64,000 bases of DNA, taken from assembly GCA_964291295.2 (NCBI GenBank), contig OZ219754.1, positions 160,001 through 224,000 on the forward strand, given 5' to 3'. Each line of letters opens with the position of its first letter. Positions within the stretch are counted from its first letter, which is position 1. The position numbers and the translations under genes are program-made. Below, one piece after another: positions 17,802 through 26,272 of this stretch. Below the pieces are notes generated by a model, which did no database searches, had not been told where the DNA came from, and saw nothing but the letters and a program-made list of their open reading frames with translations. The stretch is from an uncultured Candidatus Binatia bacterium (lineage in GTDB: Bacteria > Desulfobacterota > Binatia > UBA9968 > JAJDTQ01).

Positions 17802-18704
17802 TCACGCGCGGGAGGTTCTGTCCGCCGCCGGCTCCCGGCCCGCCAGGGTCCGGGCGAGCTCCAGGGTCCGACGCGCCCGCTCGATGATGGGCCGGTCGAT
17901 GAGCTGGCCGCCGAACGCCACCGAACCATCGCCTCGGGCTGCGGCCTCCTCGTAGGCTTCGAGGACCCGGCGGGCGTAGTCGATCTCCTCCGGGCCAGGG
18001 CTGAAGACCGTGTGGATGGGCGCGATCTGGGAGGGATGGATGGAGGCCATGCCGGTGAACCCCAGGCGGCGCGATTGCCGCGCGAAACCCGCCAGTCCGT
18101 CCGGATCCCGCAGATCCACCCAGACCCCGTCCACCGCCTGTACGTGGGCCGAAGCCGCCGCCACCACCAGTGCCGAGCGCGCGTAGAGCAGCTCCTGCGC
18201 CTCCCCCTCCCGGGCGGTGGGCAGCCCCAGCTCCCGGCCGAAATCCTCCGCGCCGAACATCAGTCCGACCACGCGCGGCGAGCAACCGGCAAGGGCCGGA
18301 GCCGCCAGCAACCCCTGGGGGCTCTCGATGGCCACCAGGAGCTTCACGGTGGTGCCGGAGACCGTTTCATGGGCCGTCACCCGCGACTCCACCGCCGCGA
18401 TCTCTTCCGGCGCCTCCACCTTGGGCAACACCAGCCCGTCGAGTCCGGGGCGCAGCACCGCCGCCAGATCATCCTCCATGCGCCGGTGCCCGATGGCGTT
18501 GATGCGCACGTACCGCAACGGCTGCCGTGGCCCCCGTTCCCGGCCCAGGGCCTCGCCGATGAGCTGCCGGGCATGATCCTTCTCCGCCGGCGCCACGCCG
18601 TCCTCGATATCCAGCATGAGAGCGTCGGCGTCCAGCCCCAGGGCCTTGTCGATCATGCGCTGCCGGTGACCCGGCACGAACAGCCAGGAACGTTGCAAGT
18701 CCAT
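17802..18704 (-). CDS. CitE-like CoA-ester lyase (HpcH/HpaI family)
   Basis: RSWLFVPG, DIEDGV, VRIN, LPKVE, IESPQG, FGAEDF, IHPSQI. Confidence 0.9.
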   Translation of the reverse strand: MDLQRSWLFVPGHRQRMIDKALGLDADALMLDIEDGVAPAEKDHARQLIGEALGRERGPRQPLRYVRINAIGHRRMEDDLAAVLRPGLDGLVLPKVEAPEEIAAVESRVTAHETVSGTTVKLLVAIESPQGLLAAPALAGCSPRVVGLMFGAEDFGRELGLPTAREGEAQELLYARSALVVAAASAHVQAVDGVWVDLRDPDGLAGFARQSRRLGFTGMASIHPSQIAPIHTVFSPGPEEIDYARRVLEAYEEAAARGDGSVAFGGQLIDRPIIERARRTLELARTLAGREPAADRTSRA

Positions 18705-18824
18705 CACGTTCGTCCTGTCGTTGCTTCCGGCAGGTCCGGGTGCGTATCCGGCGGTGCGCATCCGGTGCGCCGGACCTTGCCGCGCGCACCGCGCGACCCT
18801 GCCACGGACCCCGCACGGCTCCCT

Positions 18825-19988
18825 TCAGTACGACCGCGGCATCCCCAGGACGTGCTGGCCCAGGTAGGCCAGCACCAGGTTGTTGCTGACCGGTGCGATG
18901 GTCAGAAGCCGGGTCTCGCGAAACTTGCGCTCGACGTCGTAGTCCACCGACAGTCCGTAGCCGCCGTGGGTGGTCATGCAGGCGTTGGCCGCCTCCCACG
19001 AGGCTTCCGACGCCAGCAGCTTGGCCATGTTGGCCTCGGCGCCGCAGCGCTCGCCCCGGTCGAACTTCGCGGCGGCGTGATAGCGCACCAAGTCTGCCGC
19101 CTCGATGTGGGCGTAGGCTTGGGCGATGGGGAACTGGATCCCCTGGTTGACGCCGATGGGCCGGCCGAACACCACCCGTCCGGCGGCATGGCGGGAAGCC
19201 CGGTCCACGAACCAGCGACCGTCTCCCACCGCCTCGGCCGCGATCAGGATGCGCTCCGCGTTCCAGCCGTCGATGATGTAGCGAAAACCCATACCCTCCT
19301 CGCCGATGAGATTTTCCGCGGGCACCTCCAGATCGGTGAAGAAGAGTGCGTTGGTATGATGATTGATCATCATGTCCAGGGGCTTCACCTCCAGGGCATC
19401 CCCGGCGTCCCTCAAGTCCACCAGAAACGCCGACAGCCCCCGCGTCTTGTCCGAAAGCTCTTCGTAGGGCGTGGTCCGGGCCAGCAACAGCATCACGTCC
19501 GACTGCAACACCCGCGAGATGAAGACCTTCTGCCCGTTGATCACGTAGCGGTCGCCCTTGCGCACGGCGGTGGTGCGGAGGCGCGTGGTCTCCGAGCCGG
19601 AGTCGGGCTCGGTGACGCCGAAGGCCTGGAGCCTGACCTCGCCGCGGGCCACGCCGGGAAGATAGCGCCGCTTCTGCTGTTCGCTGCCGTGCCGCAGCAC
19701 CGTTCCCATGGTGTACATCTGCGCGTGGCACGCGGTGGCGTTGCCGCCCCAGCGGTTGATCTCTTCCAGGATGATACTCGCTTCGGTGATGCCGAGGCCG
19801 ATGCCGCCGTACGCCTCGGGGATCAGCGCCGCCAGCCAGCCCAGTTCCGTGAGCTTGCGCACGAACGCCTCGGGGTAGGCGCCGCTGGCGTCCACCTCCC
19901 GCCAGTAGGCATCCGAATAGTCCTGGCAGACCTTGCGGATCTCGTCCCTGATCTGCGCCTGGTCGTCGGTGAGAGTGAAATCCATCAC
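18825..19988 (-). CDS. Acyl-CoA dehydrogenase
   Basis: FGVTEPDSGS, INGQKVFIS, FGRPIGVNQGIQF, THGGYG, ERKFRETRL. Confidence 0.92.
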   Translation of the reverse strand: MMDFTLTDDQAQIRDEIRKVCQDYSDAYWREVDASGAYPEAFVRKLTELGWLAALIPEAYGGIGLGITEASIILEEINRWGGNATACHAQMYTMGTVLRHGSEQQKRRYLPGVARGEVRLQAFGVTEPDSGSETTRLRTTAVRKGDRYVINGQKVFISRVLQSDVMLLLARTTPYEELSDKTRGLSAFLVDLRDAGDALEVKPLDMMINHHTNALFFTDLEVPAENLIGEEGMGFRYIIDGWNAERILIAAEAVGDGRWFVDRASRHAAGRVVFGRPIGVNQGIQFPIAQAYAHIEAADLVRYHAAAKFDRGERCGAEANMAKLLASEASWEAANACMTTHGGYGLSVDYDVERKFRETRLLTIAPVSNNLVLAYLGQHVLGMPRSY

Positions 19989-20037
19989 GAGTGTGCGCTA
20001 CACTGAGTGTGCGGTACTATACCGACTGGAGGACCGA

Positions 20038-20799
20038 ATGCCAATTTCGTCAATCTCGTCAATCTCGCCGATTTCGCTGTTCACGACGGCATTCCTGCTG
20101 GTCACGACCCTGGCGGGCCCGGGCGCAACGTCGCCGGCCTCCCTCGACGTGGGTAATTTCTCGACCGCGAAGGCCGGCGGCCCGTTCCCCGATTCCTGGG
20201 AGCCGCTCACCTTCGACAAGATCGAGAAGCACACGGCGTACTCGCTGGTGGAGGACAACGGCACCGTGGTCGTGAAGGCCGCAAGCCGGGGTTCGGCCTC
20301 GGCGCTCGCGCGCACGGTGGACATCGACCCGAAACAACATCCCGTGGTGCGATGGCGCTGGAAGGTCGCGAACATCCTGAAAAAGGGAGACGTCACCCGC
20401 AAGGAGGGCGACGACTACCCCGCCCGCCTCTACATCACGTTCCGGTACGACAGCCGCAAGGCAGGTTTCTTCGAACGGGCCAAGTACGAAGCCATCCGGC
20501 TCGCCCGGGGGGAATACCCGCCCATGGGCGCCATCAACTACATCTGGGGAAGCAAGAGCCCCGTGGGGACCGTCGTCCCCAACCCCTACACCGACCGTGT
20601 CAAGATGATGGTCCTGGAAAGCGGCGGGGAGAAGGTCGGCCGCTGGGTGACGGAATCGCGCAATCTGGTCGAGGACTATCGGGCGGCCTTCGGCGGCGAC
20701 CCGCCGCGGATCTCCGGCGTGGCGCTCATGACCGACACCGACAACACCGGCGAGGCGGCGGTCGCCTACTTCGGCGACATCGTATTCGAGGCACGGTAA
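20038..20799 (+). CDS. DUF3047 family exported protein
   Basis: GGAGG RBS, signal peptide, WRWKV, KEGDDYPARLY, ALMTDTDNTG, AYFGDI. Confidence 0.85.
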   Translation: MPISSISSISPISLFTTAFLLVTTLAGPGATSPASLDVGNFSTAKAGGPFPDSWEPLTFDKIEKHTAYSLVEDNGTVVVKAASRGSASALARTVDIDPKQHPVVRWRWKVANILKKGDVTRKEGDDYPARLYITFRYDSRKAGFFERAKYEAIRLARGEYPPMGAINYIWGSKSPVGTVVPNPYTDRVKMMVLESGGEKVGRWVTESRNLVEDYRAAFGGDPPRISGVALMTDTDNTGEAAVAYFGDIVFEAR

Positions 20800-20869
20800 G
20801 CGACGCGCGCCGCCCCGGTCGCCCCGCGACGCCGCCGGGCCGAGGCGCGTGCCCGGAAGGAGATTGTCC

Positions 20870-21376
20870 ATGGCAGTGGTAAAGGGCTGGGAAGGCCGCT
20901 ATTTCCAGGACTTCAACGTCGGCGACGTGTACCGGTGCCGGGTCGGGCGCACGGTGACGGAGAACGACAACATCTGGTTCACGCTGCTCACCAACAACAG
21001 CAACCAGATCCACTTCAACAACGAGTACGGCAGGCGCACGGAATTCGGGAAGTGCCTGATCAACAGTGCCCTGACCTTGGCCATCGTGGCCGGCATGGGG
21101 GTGGCGGATGTGAGCGAGAACGGCTTCGCTCTGGGTTGGGACCGGATCCGGCTGCCCAATCCGCTGTTCGCCGGCGACACCCTCTACTCCGAGTCCGAGG
21201 TGTTGGAGAAGCGCGACTCCAGATCGAAGCCGCAGTGGGGCATCGTCAAGGTCCGCACCCGCGGCGTCCAGCAGGAGGGCAAGGTGGTCATCGACTACAA
21301 TCGCAGTGTCATGGTGTGGCGGCGGGAGTTTGCCCCCCGGCGGGACATCTTCCCGGAGATCGTCGATGGCAAGTAG
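20870..21376 (+). CDS. MaoC-family dehydratase
   Basis: GRYFQDF, GRTVTENDNIWFTLLT, PLFAGDTLYSESEVL. Confidence 0.9.
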   Translation: MAVVKGWEGRYFQDFNVGDVYRCRVGRTVTENDNIWFTLLTNNSNQIHFNNEYGRRTEFGKCLINSALTLAIVAGMGVADVSENGFALGWDRIRLPNPLFAGDTLYSESEVLEKRDSRSKPQWGIVKVRTRGVQQEGKVVIDYNRSVMVWRREFAPRRDIFPEIVDGK

Positions 21377-22556
21377 CGGGCTGGCGCTGAGCGGCGTGCG
21401 GGTCATGGCCTTCGAGCAGGTGCTCGCGGGCCCTTTCGGCACGGGTCTGCTGGCGGAGATGGGGGCCGAGGTCCTCAAGATCGAACGGCCCGGCGTGGGC
21501 GACCTGATCCGTCACTGGGACACGGCCGTGAAGGGGCTGTCCTCGGGCTATGTGTGGCTCAACCGCAACAAGAGAAGCCTCACGGTGGACGTCAAGAAGC
21601 GCGAAGGGCTGGAGATCCTCCACAAGCTGGCGGAGACCACCGACGTGTTCTTCGAGAACTACGCCCCGGGGGTGGCCGAGCGCGTCGGGCTGGGTTGGGA
21701 CACCCTTCGCGAGCTGAACCCCCGGCTTGTCTACTGCTCACTCTCGGGCTACGGGCAGGACGGTCCCTACCGGGACATCAAGGCCTACGACCTGCTCATC
21801 CAGGGGGAAGCCGGCATCATCGCCACCACCGGCTATCCCGACAAGCCGGCCCGCGCCGGGGTGGCCGTTTCCGACATCGCCTCCGGCATGTACGCGGCCC
21901 TGGGCATCGTCCTGGCGCTGTTCCAGCGGGAGAAGACCGGAGCCGGCCAGATCATCGACATTTCGATGTTCGAGAGCATCCTCTCCTGGCTCGGGTACTT
22001 CCCGCACCACTACTGGCACCGGGGCGAGGAGCCCGACCGGGTGGGCATGCGGCACCACTACGTCACCCCCTACGGACCCTATATGGCGGGAGACGGCGAG
22101 TACGTGAATCTCGCGGTGGCAACCCCCAAGGACTGGGAGGTCTTCTGTCTCAAGGTGATGGAACGGCCCTCGCTGATGGAGGATCCCCGCTTCGCCACGG
22201 TGGAGGCACGCAAGCAGAACCGCGGCGTGCTGGAAGAGACTCTCGAGCAACTCTTCCTGGAACACGGCCACGAAACCTGGCTCAAGCGCCTTCAGGACGC
22301 GCAACTGCCCAACGGAAAAGTCCGGGGCATCGCCCAAGTGCTGGCCCACCCCCAGGCTGCCGCCCGGCGGATGGTCCGGGAGGTGGAGTCCCCCGTAGGC
22401 AAGGTGCCGGTCATCGGCAGTCCGCTCCATCTGTCGGACAGCCCGGCGCGCTACGACCCCATCCCCGAACTCGGCAACGCCACCGACTCGATCCTGCAAG
22501 AGTTGGGTTACGACGCCGATGCCATCGCGCGGCTGCATCGGGACAGCGCGGTCTGA
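21366..22556 (+). CDS. CaiB/BaiF family III CoA-transferase
   Basis: QVLAGPF, GAEVLKIERPG, NRNKRSL, SGYGQDGP, AYDLLIQGE. Confidence 0.92.
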   Translation: MASSGLALSGVRVMAFEQVLAGPFGTGLLAEMGAEVLKIERPGVGDLIRHWDTAVKGLSSGYVWLNRNKRSLTVDVKKREGLEILHKLAETTDVFFENYAPGVAERVGLGWDTLRELNPRLVYCSLSGYGQDGPYRDIKAYDLLIQGEAGIIATTGYPDKPARAGVAVSDIASGMYAALGIVLALFQREKTGAGQIIDISMFESILSWLGYFPHHYWHRGEEPDRVGMRHHYVTPYGPYMAGDGEYVNLAVATPKDWEVFCLKVMERPSLMEDPRFATVEARKQNRGVLEETLEQLFLEHGHETWLKRLQDAQLPNGKVRGIAQVLAHPQAAARRMVREVESPVGKVPVIGSPLHLSDSPARYDPIPELGNATDSILQELGYDADAIARLHRDSAV

Positions 22557-22842
22557 CAGTCGTGCGTCGAAGGTGCCCGGGAGCCTGCGCCGCGGAAGAT
22601 TCTCGCGGGACAGAGATTCACCAGAGTCCCGGAGATCCATCAGAGTCCCACTTGGTGCCCAATTCGTGTCCAGTAGTGGGACAAAGCTACACGTTTCCGG
22701 CATTCTGGACGAAAATCCGGACATGCGTTCCCACCAGTCACCTGCCGGAGCGTCCTGCGGCCCAGACTCCTGGAGCGAGACCCGACCGGTTTTTCCGGCG
22801 ATTTTCGCAAGGGACTTGAGTAGCAAAATCCGCAGAAAGTGC

Positions 22843-22871
22843 TTGACGCCTGTCCCGGAAGCGCATATATA
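22843..22871 (+). promoter_or_regulatory. Putative sigma70 promoter of the transposase
   Basis: TTGACG-17 bp-TATATA just inside the left TIR. Confidence 0.6.
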
Positions 22872-22894
22872 AATCCGCATAGAGTGGAAAGACC

Positions 22895-23805
22895 ATGCCG
22901 ACAGCCAAGAGAACAGCCGAAACGATCAGCATTCCGGAGCTTCTGAGAATGTTCTCCGATCAGGAAACCTGCATTGCGTGGCTTGAGCGGGTGCGCTGGA
23001 AAGGCGAGCCGGTTTGCGCCCATTGCGGAGCCTGCGACAATGTCAGGGAAGCGGGCGCGAGCAAGCCGCATACCTATTGGTGCGGACATTGCCGCAAGTA
23101 TTTCCGGGTCACGACCGGGACCATTATGCATGCGACCAAGACGCCGTTGCAGAACTGGATTATCGCCATTTACAGCGTCATGACGGCCCGCAAGGGCGTC
23201 TCCGCCATGCAGATATCGAAAGAACTTGGCGTCCAGTATCGCACCGCGTGGTATATGCTGCACCGCATCCGGGAGGCTTGCGCCTCTGACGAATTCAAGC
23301 AGATGGACGACGTTGTCGAAATGGACGAGGTCTATATCGGCGACAAGCGCGCCAATATATCGAACGCGAAGCGCAAGGCATTGGCCGACACCGGGCGCGG
23401 CGCGGCGCGGTCGGAAAGCAGCCGTCATGAGTGCACGAGAGCGAGGCGCCAAGACTGTAGCCAAGCCGGTAAAGAACGCGGACGGGAAGACGGCGAGCGA
23501 GTTTGCGACCGAGACAGTGCGGCCGGGCGCGGCGGTCTATACGGACGAGTCCAGCATCTACAACCGGCTGACCTTCAAGCATGAAGCGGTCAATCACAGC
23601 AGCAAAGAAATGGGTTCGCGGCACGGTCCATAACAACGAGATTGAGAGCATGTGGGCGTTGCTGAAGCGGTCGATTACCGGCACTTGGCATCATGTCTCG
23701 TTCAAGCACCTTCACCGCTATGTCAGCGAGGCTTCCGTGCGCCTCGACGACGAGGGGAACTGCGGAGTGGACGCTAATGGACAACCGAGCAGATCACCCA
23801 AATAG
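22895..23805 (+). pseudogene. IS1595-family (ISXO2-like) DDE transposase, frameshifted
   Basis: Zn ribbon CAHCG/CGHCRK, KGVSAMQ, TAWYMLHRIR, VEMDEVYIG; YTDE and NEIESMWALLKR...HVSFKHLHRY lie in other frames (shifts near 23400 and 23610). Confidence 0.85.
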
Positions 23806-23830
23806 CGGTTGATCCGCTGTTCTTCCGGGG

Positions 23831-24111
23831 ATGAGCGGCCATGACGGGGAAGAAATCAAAGCGGAGGTCGGAAAGGCTGCGATTGAGCGCAAGGAGTGTC
23901 TCGACCAGGTTGCCTGCTACAAGAAACGGTGACTGACGCCAATTACGCTCTCCGGGAACTGTTGAACGGCCGCCTGAATCCGATCAAGGAAGAAAATCAG
24001 CGCTCTCTTCACCTTGGGACAGACCCGCACCGTGACGCGCAAGCCTATGTTGAAGCCTTGGCGCGCGCTGAAGAACTGGCGAGCTTCCTCAAGCAACACA
24101 ACGCCCTATGA
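23831..24111 (+). pseudogene. Small hypothetical passenger gene, apparently split
   Basis: ORF from ATG 23831 stops near 23932; reading continues in ORF 23896..24111, which overlaps the MTase start. Confidence 0.3.
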
Positions 24112-25004
24112 TGATTCCGCATGCCATTCCCTATCAGGGAAGCAAGCGAAAGCTGGCTCCCGCCATAGCGCACTATTTGCCGGACGAGATTGAAACCTTC
24201 TACGAGCCGTTTGCCGGTTCGGCTGCAATGAGCATTTACGCCGCGCATCGTCGCCTTGCGGAGTATTTCGTCATTGCAGACAGCCTTGCGCCGATGATTG
24301 AGCTTCTTCGTGCCATAGTGGAAACATCTCAGGAAACGGCGCGGCAATACCGGGATTTGTGGCATGGGCAGGCGGCCGGAGACGATTGCTATTTCAACCG
24401 CATCCGGAACCGCTACAACGAGACCGGCGATCATGTCGATTTGCTCTATCTGATATGCCGTTGCGTCAAGAACTCAATCCGCTTCAATCGCGCTGGACGC
24501 TTTACGCAAGCCGTCGATAAGCGCCGTCTTGGAATGCGGCCGGACAAGATGCAAGCGGCGGTGCTTGGCGTTTCTTCAATCCTGCGGGGAAGGGTTGAAT
24601 TCCGCATCGGGGATTGGCTTGAAACAACGGTGGACGCGCGACCGGCGGACTTCCTCTACATGGACCCGCCATATCTCGGAACTTCGATTGGCCGCGACCG
24701 GCGGTACCATCAGCAGATGATGCAGGATGAATTGGTCTGCGGCCTTGAAGGGTTGCGAAGGCGCGGAATACCGTTCGCCTTATCCTATGACGGCGCGACC
24801 GGCGGCCGGGAGTATGGGCCGCCTTTGCCGGAGGCGCTTGGCCTTACCCGCCTATGGCTTGATGCTGGCCTATCGTCTCAAGCGACCCTGAACGGGCGCC
24901 GGGAGCAAACGGTCGAAAGTCTATATCTGATGCCCGGACTGGCCGCCGCTCGCCCCGTTGGGCGCGAGCAAGTCAGCCTAGATCTCGCGCCAGCAGCTTC
25001 TTGA
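24108..25004 (+). CDS. Dam/D12-class N6-adenine DNA methyltransferase
   Basis: IPYQGSKRKLA, EPFAGSAA, YMDPPY, LSYDG. Confidence 0.9.
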   Translation: MMIPHAIPYQGSKRKLAPAIAHYLPDEIETFYEPFAGSAAMSIYAAHRRLAEYFVIADSLAPMIELLRAIVETSQETARQYRDLWHGQAAGDDCYFNRIRNRYNETGDHVDLLYLICRCVKNSIRFNRAGRFTQAVDKRRLGMRPDKMQAAVLGVSSILRGRVEFRIGDWLETTVDARPADFLYMDPPYLGTSIGRDRRYHQQMMQDELVCGLEGLRRRGIPFALSYDGATGGREYGPPLPEALGLTRLWLDAGLSSQATLNGRREQTVESLYLMPGLAAARPVGREQVSLDLAPAAS

Positions 25005-25709
25005 TGAAGGCGGCAACGGTCGTGTCCTCCCTCTCTGCTCGGTCGCGGATTCGCTCAAAGGCTTCCACTTCCGGGCCGCGCCACTCAATATCAACTCGGC
25101 GGACATGCTCCCCCGCGATATGTGTATAGTGTATAGTCCTCTGGGGAAGCCCAGAAGCAGGAGCGGCAGACTGTTTCGTCTCGCCCTTCCTGCCAATTCA
25201 GACATTGCTCGCACGACCATGACTTCGCCCGTTGGCTCGACGCGTCCAGGACGCATATAGGCGTCGGTGTCGTTTTCGTCATGGACCAACTCACCCGCAA
25301 CCTCATACGGGATGCGGTGATCCATCTGGAGGTAGCGCGGCGCACATTGCTCGCCAGTGATTGCGTCACGCGCGCCATAGCGTTCAATCAGCGCGTCCTT
25401 GAATCGCTTCGAGAATGCCTTGCGACCGCCTATGCGACCCCGAACGATCTTGTCCGGGCTGTCGAAGCGGTATGCGGCGATCATGCGCCCCGTCTTGTCA
25501 CTCCGCACCCTGAAGGTCTGGATAGGAATTCCACTCTCGCGCACATCCCGAACCGCACGGGGCGGATGATCGTAGCCGTAGAGCACTTGCAGTTCTTCTG
25601 TCGTGACCGCGCCATGCTCGATGATATGGTCTATGACCGTTCGGGGCCGCTTGGCCGTCACCTTGTCACAAAGCGCAAGGATGCGCAGGTCAATATCTCG
25701 TTTCGGCAT
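24973..25709 (-). pseudogene. HNH-type type II restriction endonuclease, two frameshifts
   Basis: GYDHPPRAVRDVRE, LQMDHRIPYE, then RAKSWSCEQC in a second frame and HIAGEHVRRVDIEW in a third; convergent with the MTase. Confidence 0.7.
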
Positions 25710-25762
25710 GACGCACGGCAAGGAACGACGATGCGTCGGACTCTACTCTAAACCCGTTCCCG

Positions 25763-25984
25763 ATGACAAGCGGAGATAGCGACATGGCAGGCAAGCGAGA
25801 GGTAAAGGGCGGTTTCAACCCTGCCGCCTTCGACGAGACTGAGCGCGATCCGGTTACGCGGGCGGATGTTGAAGCCGCTGTGCGGCAAGTCATAGGGCAT
25901 CCCGCCAAGCCGCAGGACGGGAGCGAAAACCGGGAGCCAACGCGGGAGGAACTCAGTCACCGCTGGCGGATGCAGCACCGGTAA
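25763..25984 (+). CDS. Small hypothetical protein just inside the right TIR
   Basis: 73-aa ORF, GGAG RBS before internal MAGKRE start. Confidence 0.4.
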   Translation: MTSGDSDMAGKREVKGGFNPAAFDETERDPVTRADVEAAVRQVIGHPAKPQDGSENREPTREELSHRWRMQHR

Positions 25985-26272
25985 TCGGAGGCGCTGCGGA
26001 TTTTGCTATCCAAGTCCCATCGGGTGGCCGCAACGGTGACCGCCGCTCAATGGCCTCGCCACACGCGACCGGCGCCATCGCGCCACTTGTTGAACGAACA
26101 CGGCACCCTGGACAATTCCCGCCTGGATTTGAGGCGTCGTACCTGCCCGCGCTTCTCTCTGACCGAGGGGCTCAGAAACGACGCGCACTTGGCGCGGTCC
26201 CCCGGAGGAGCCGTATCCTGTCGAACCGTCCTCCGGAGGAACCGTCCCCGAAGCCCTTCCCTGGTGCGGGCG

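Larger units (their letters stand above)
22811..26018 (+). mobile_element. IS1595-family element carrying passenger genes (transporter IS), ~3.2 kb
   Basis: Left end GGGACTTGAGTAGCAAAATCCGCAG (22811-22835); right end reverse complement GGGACTTGGATAGCAAAATCCGCAG (25994-26018), 23/25 identical; transposase follows the left end; no target duplication seen. Confidence 0.85.

Noticed and set aside
22803-26026. Target-site duplication for the IS1595 element
   Set aside because: Flanks TTTCGCAA and ATCGGGTG do not match.
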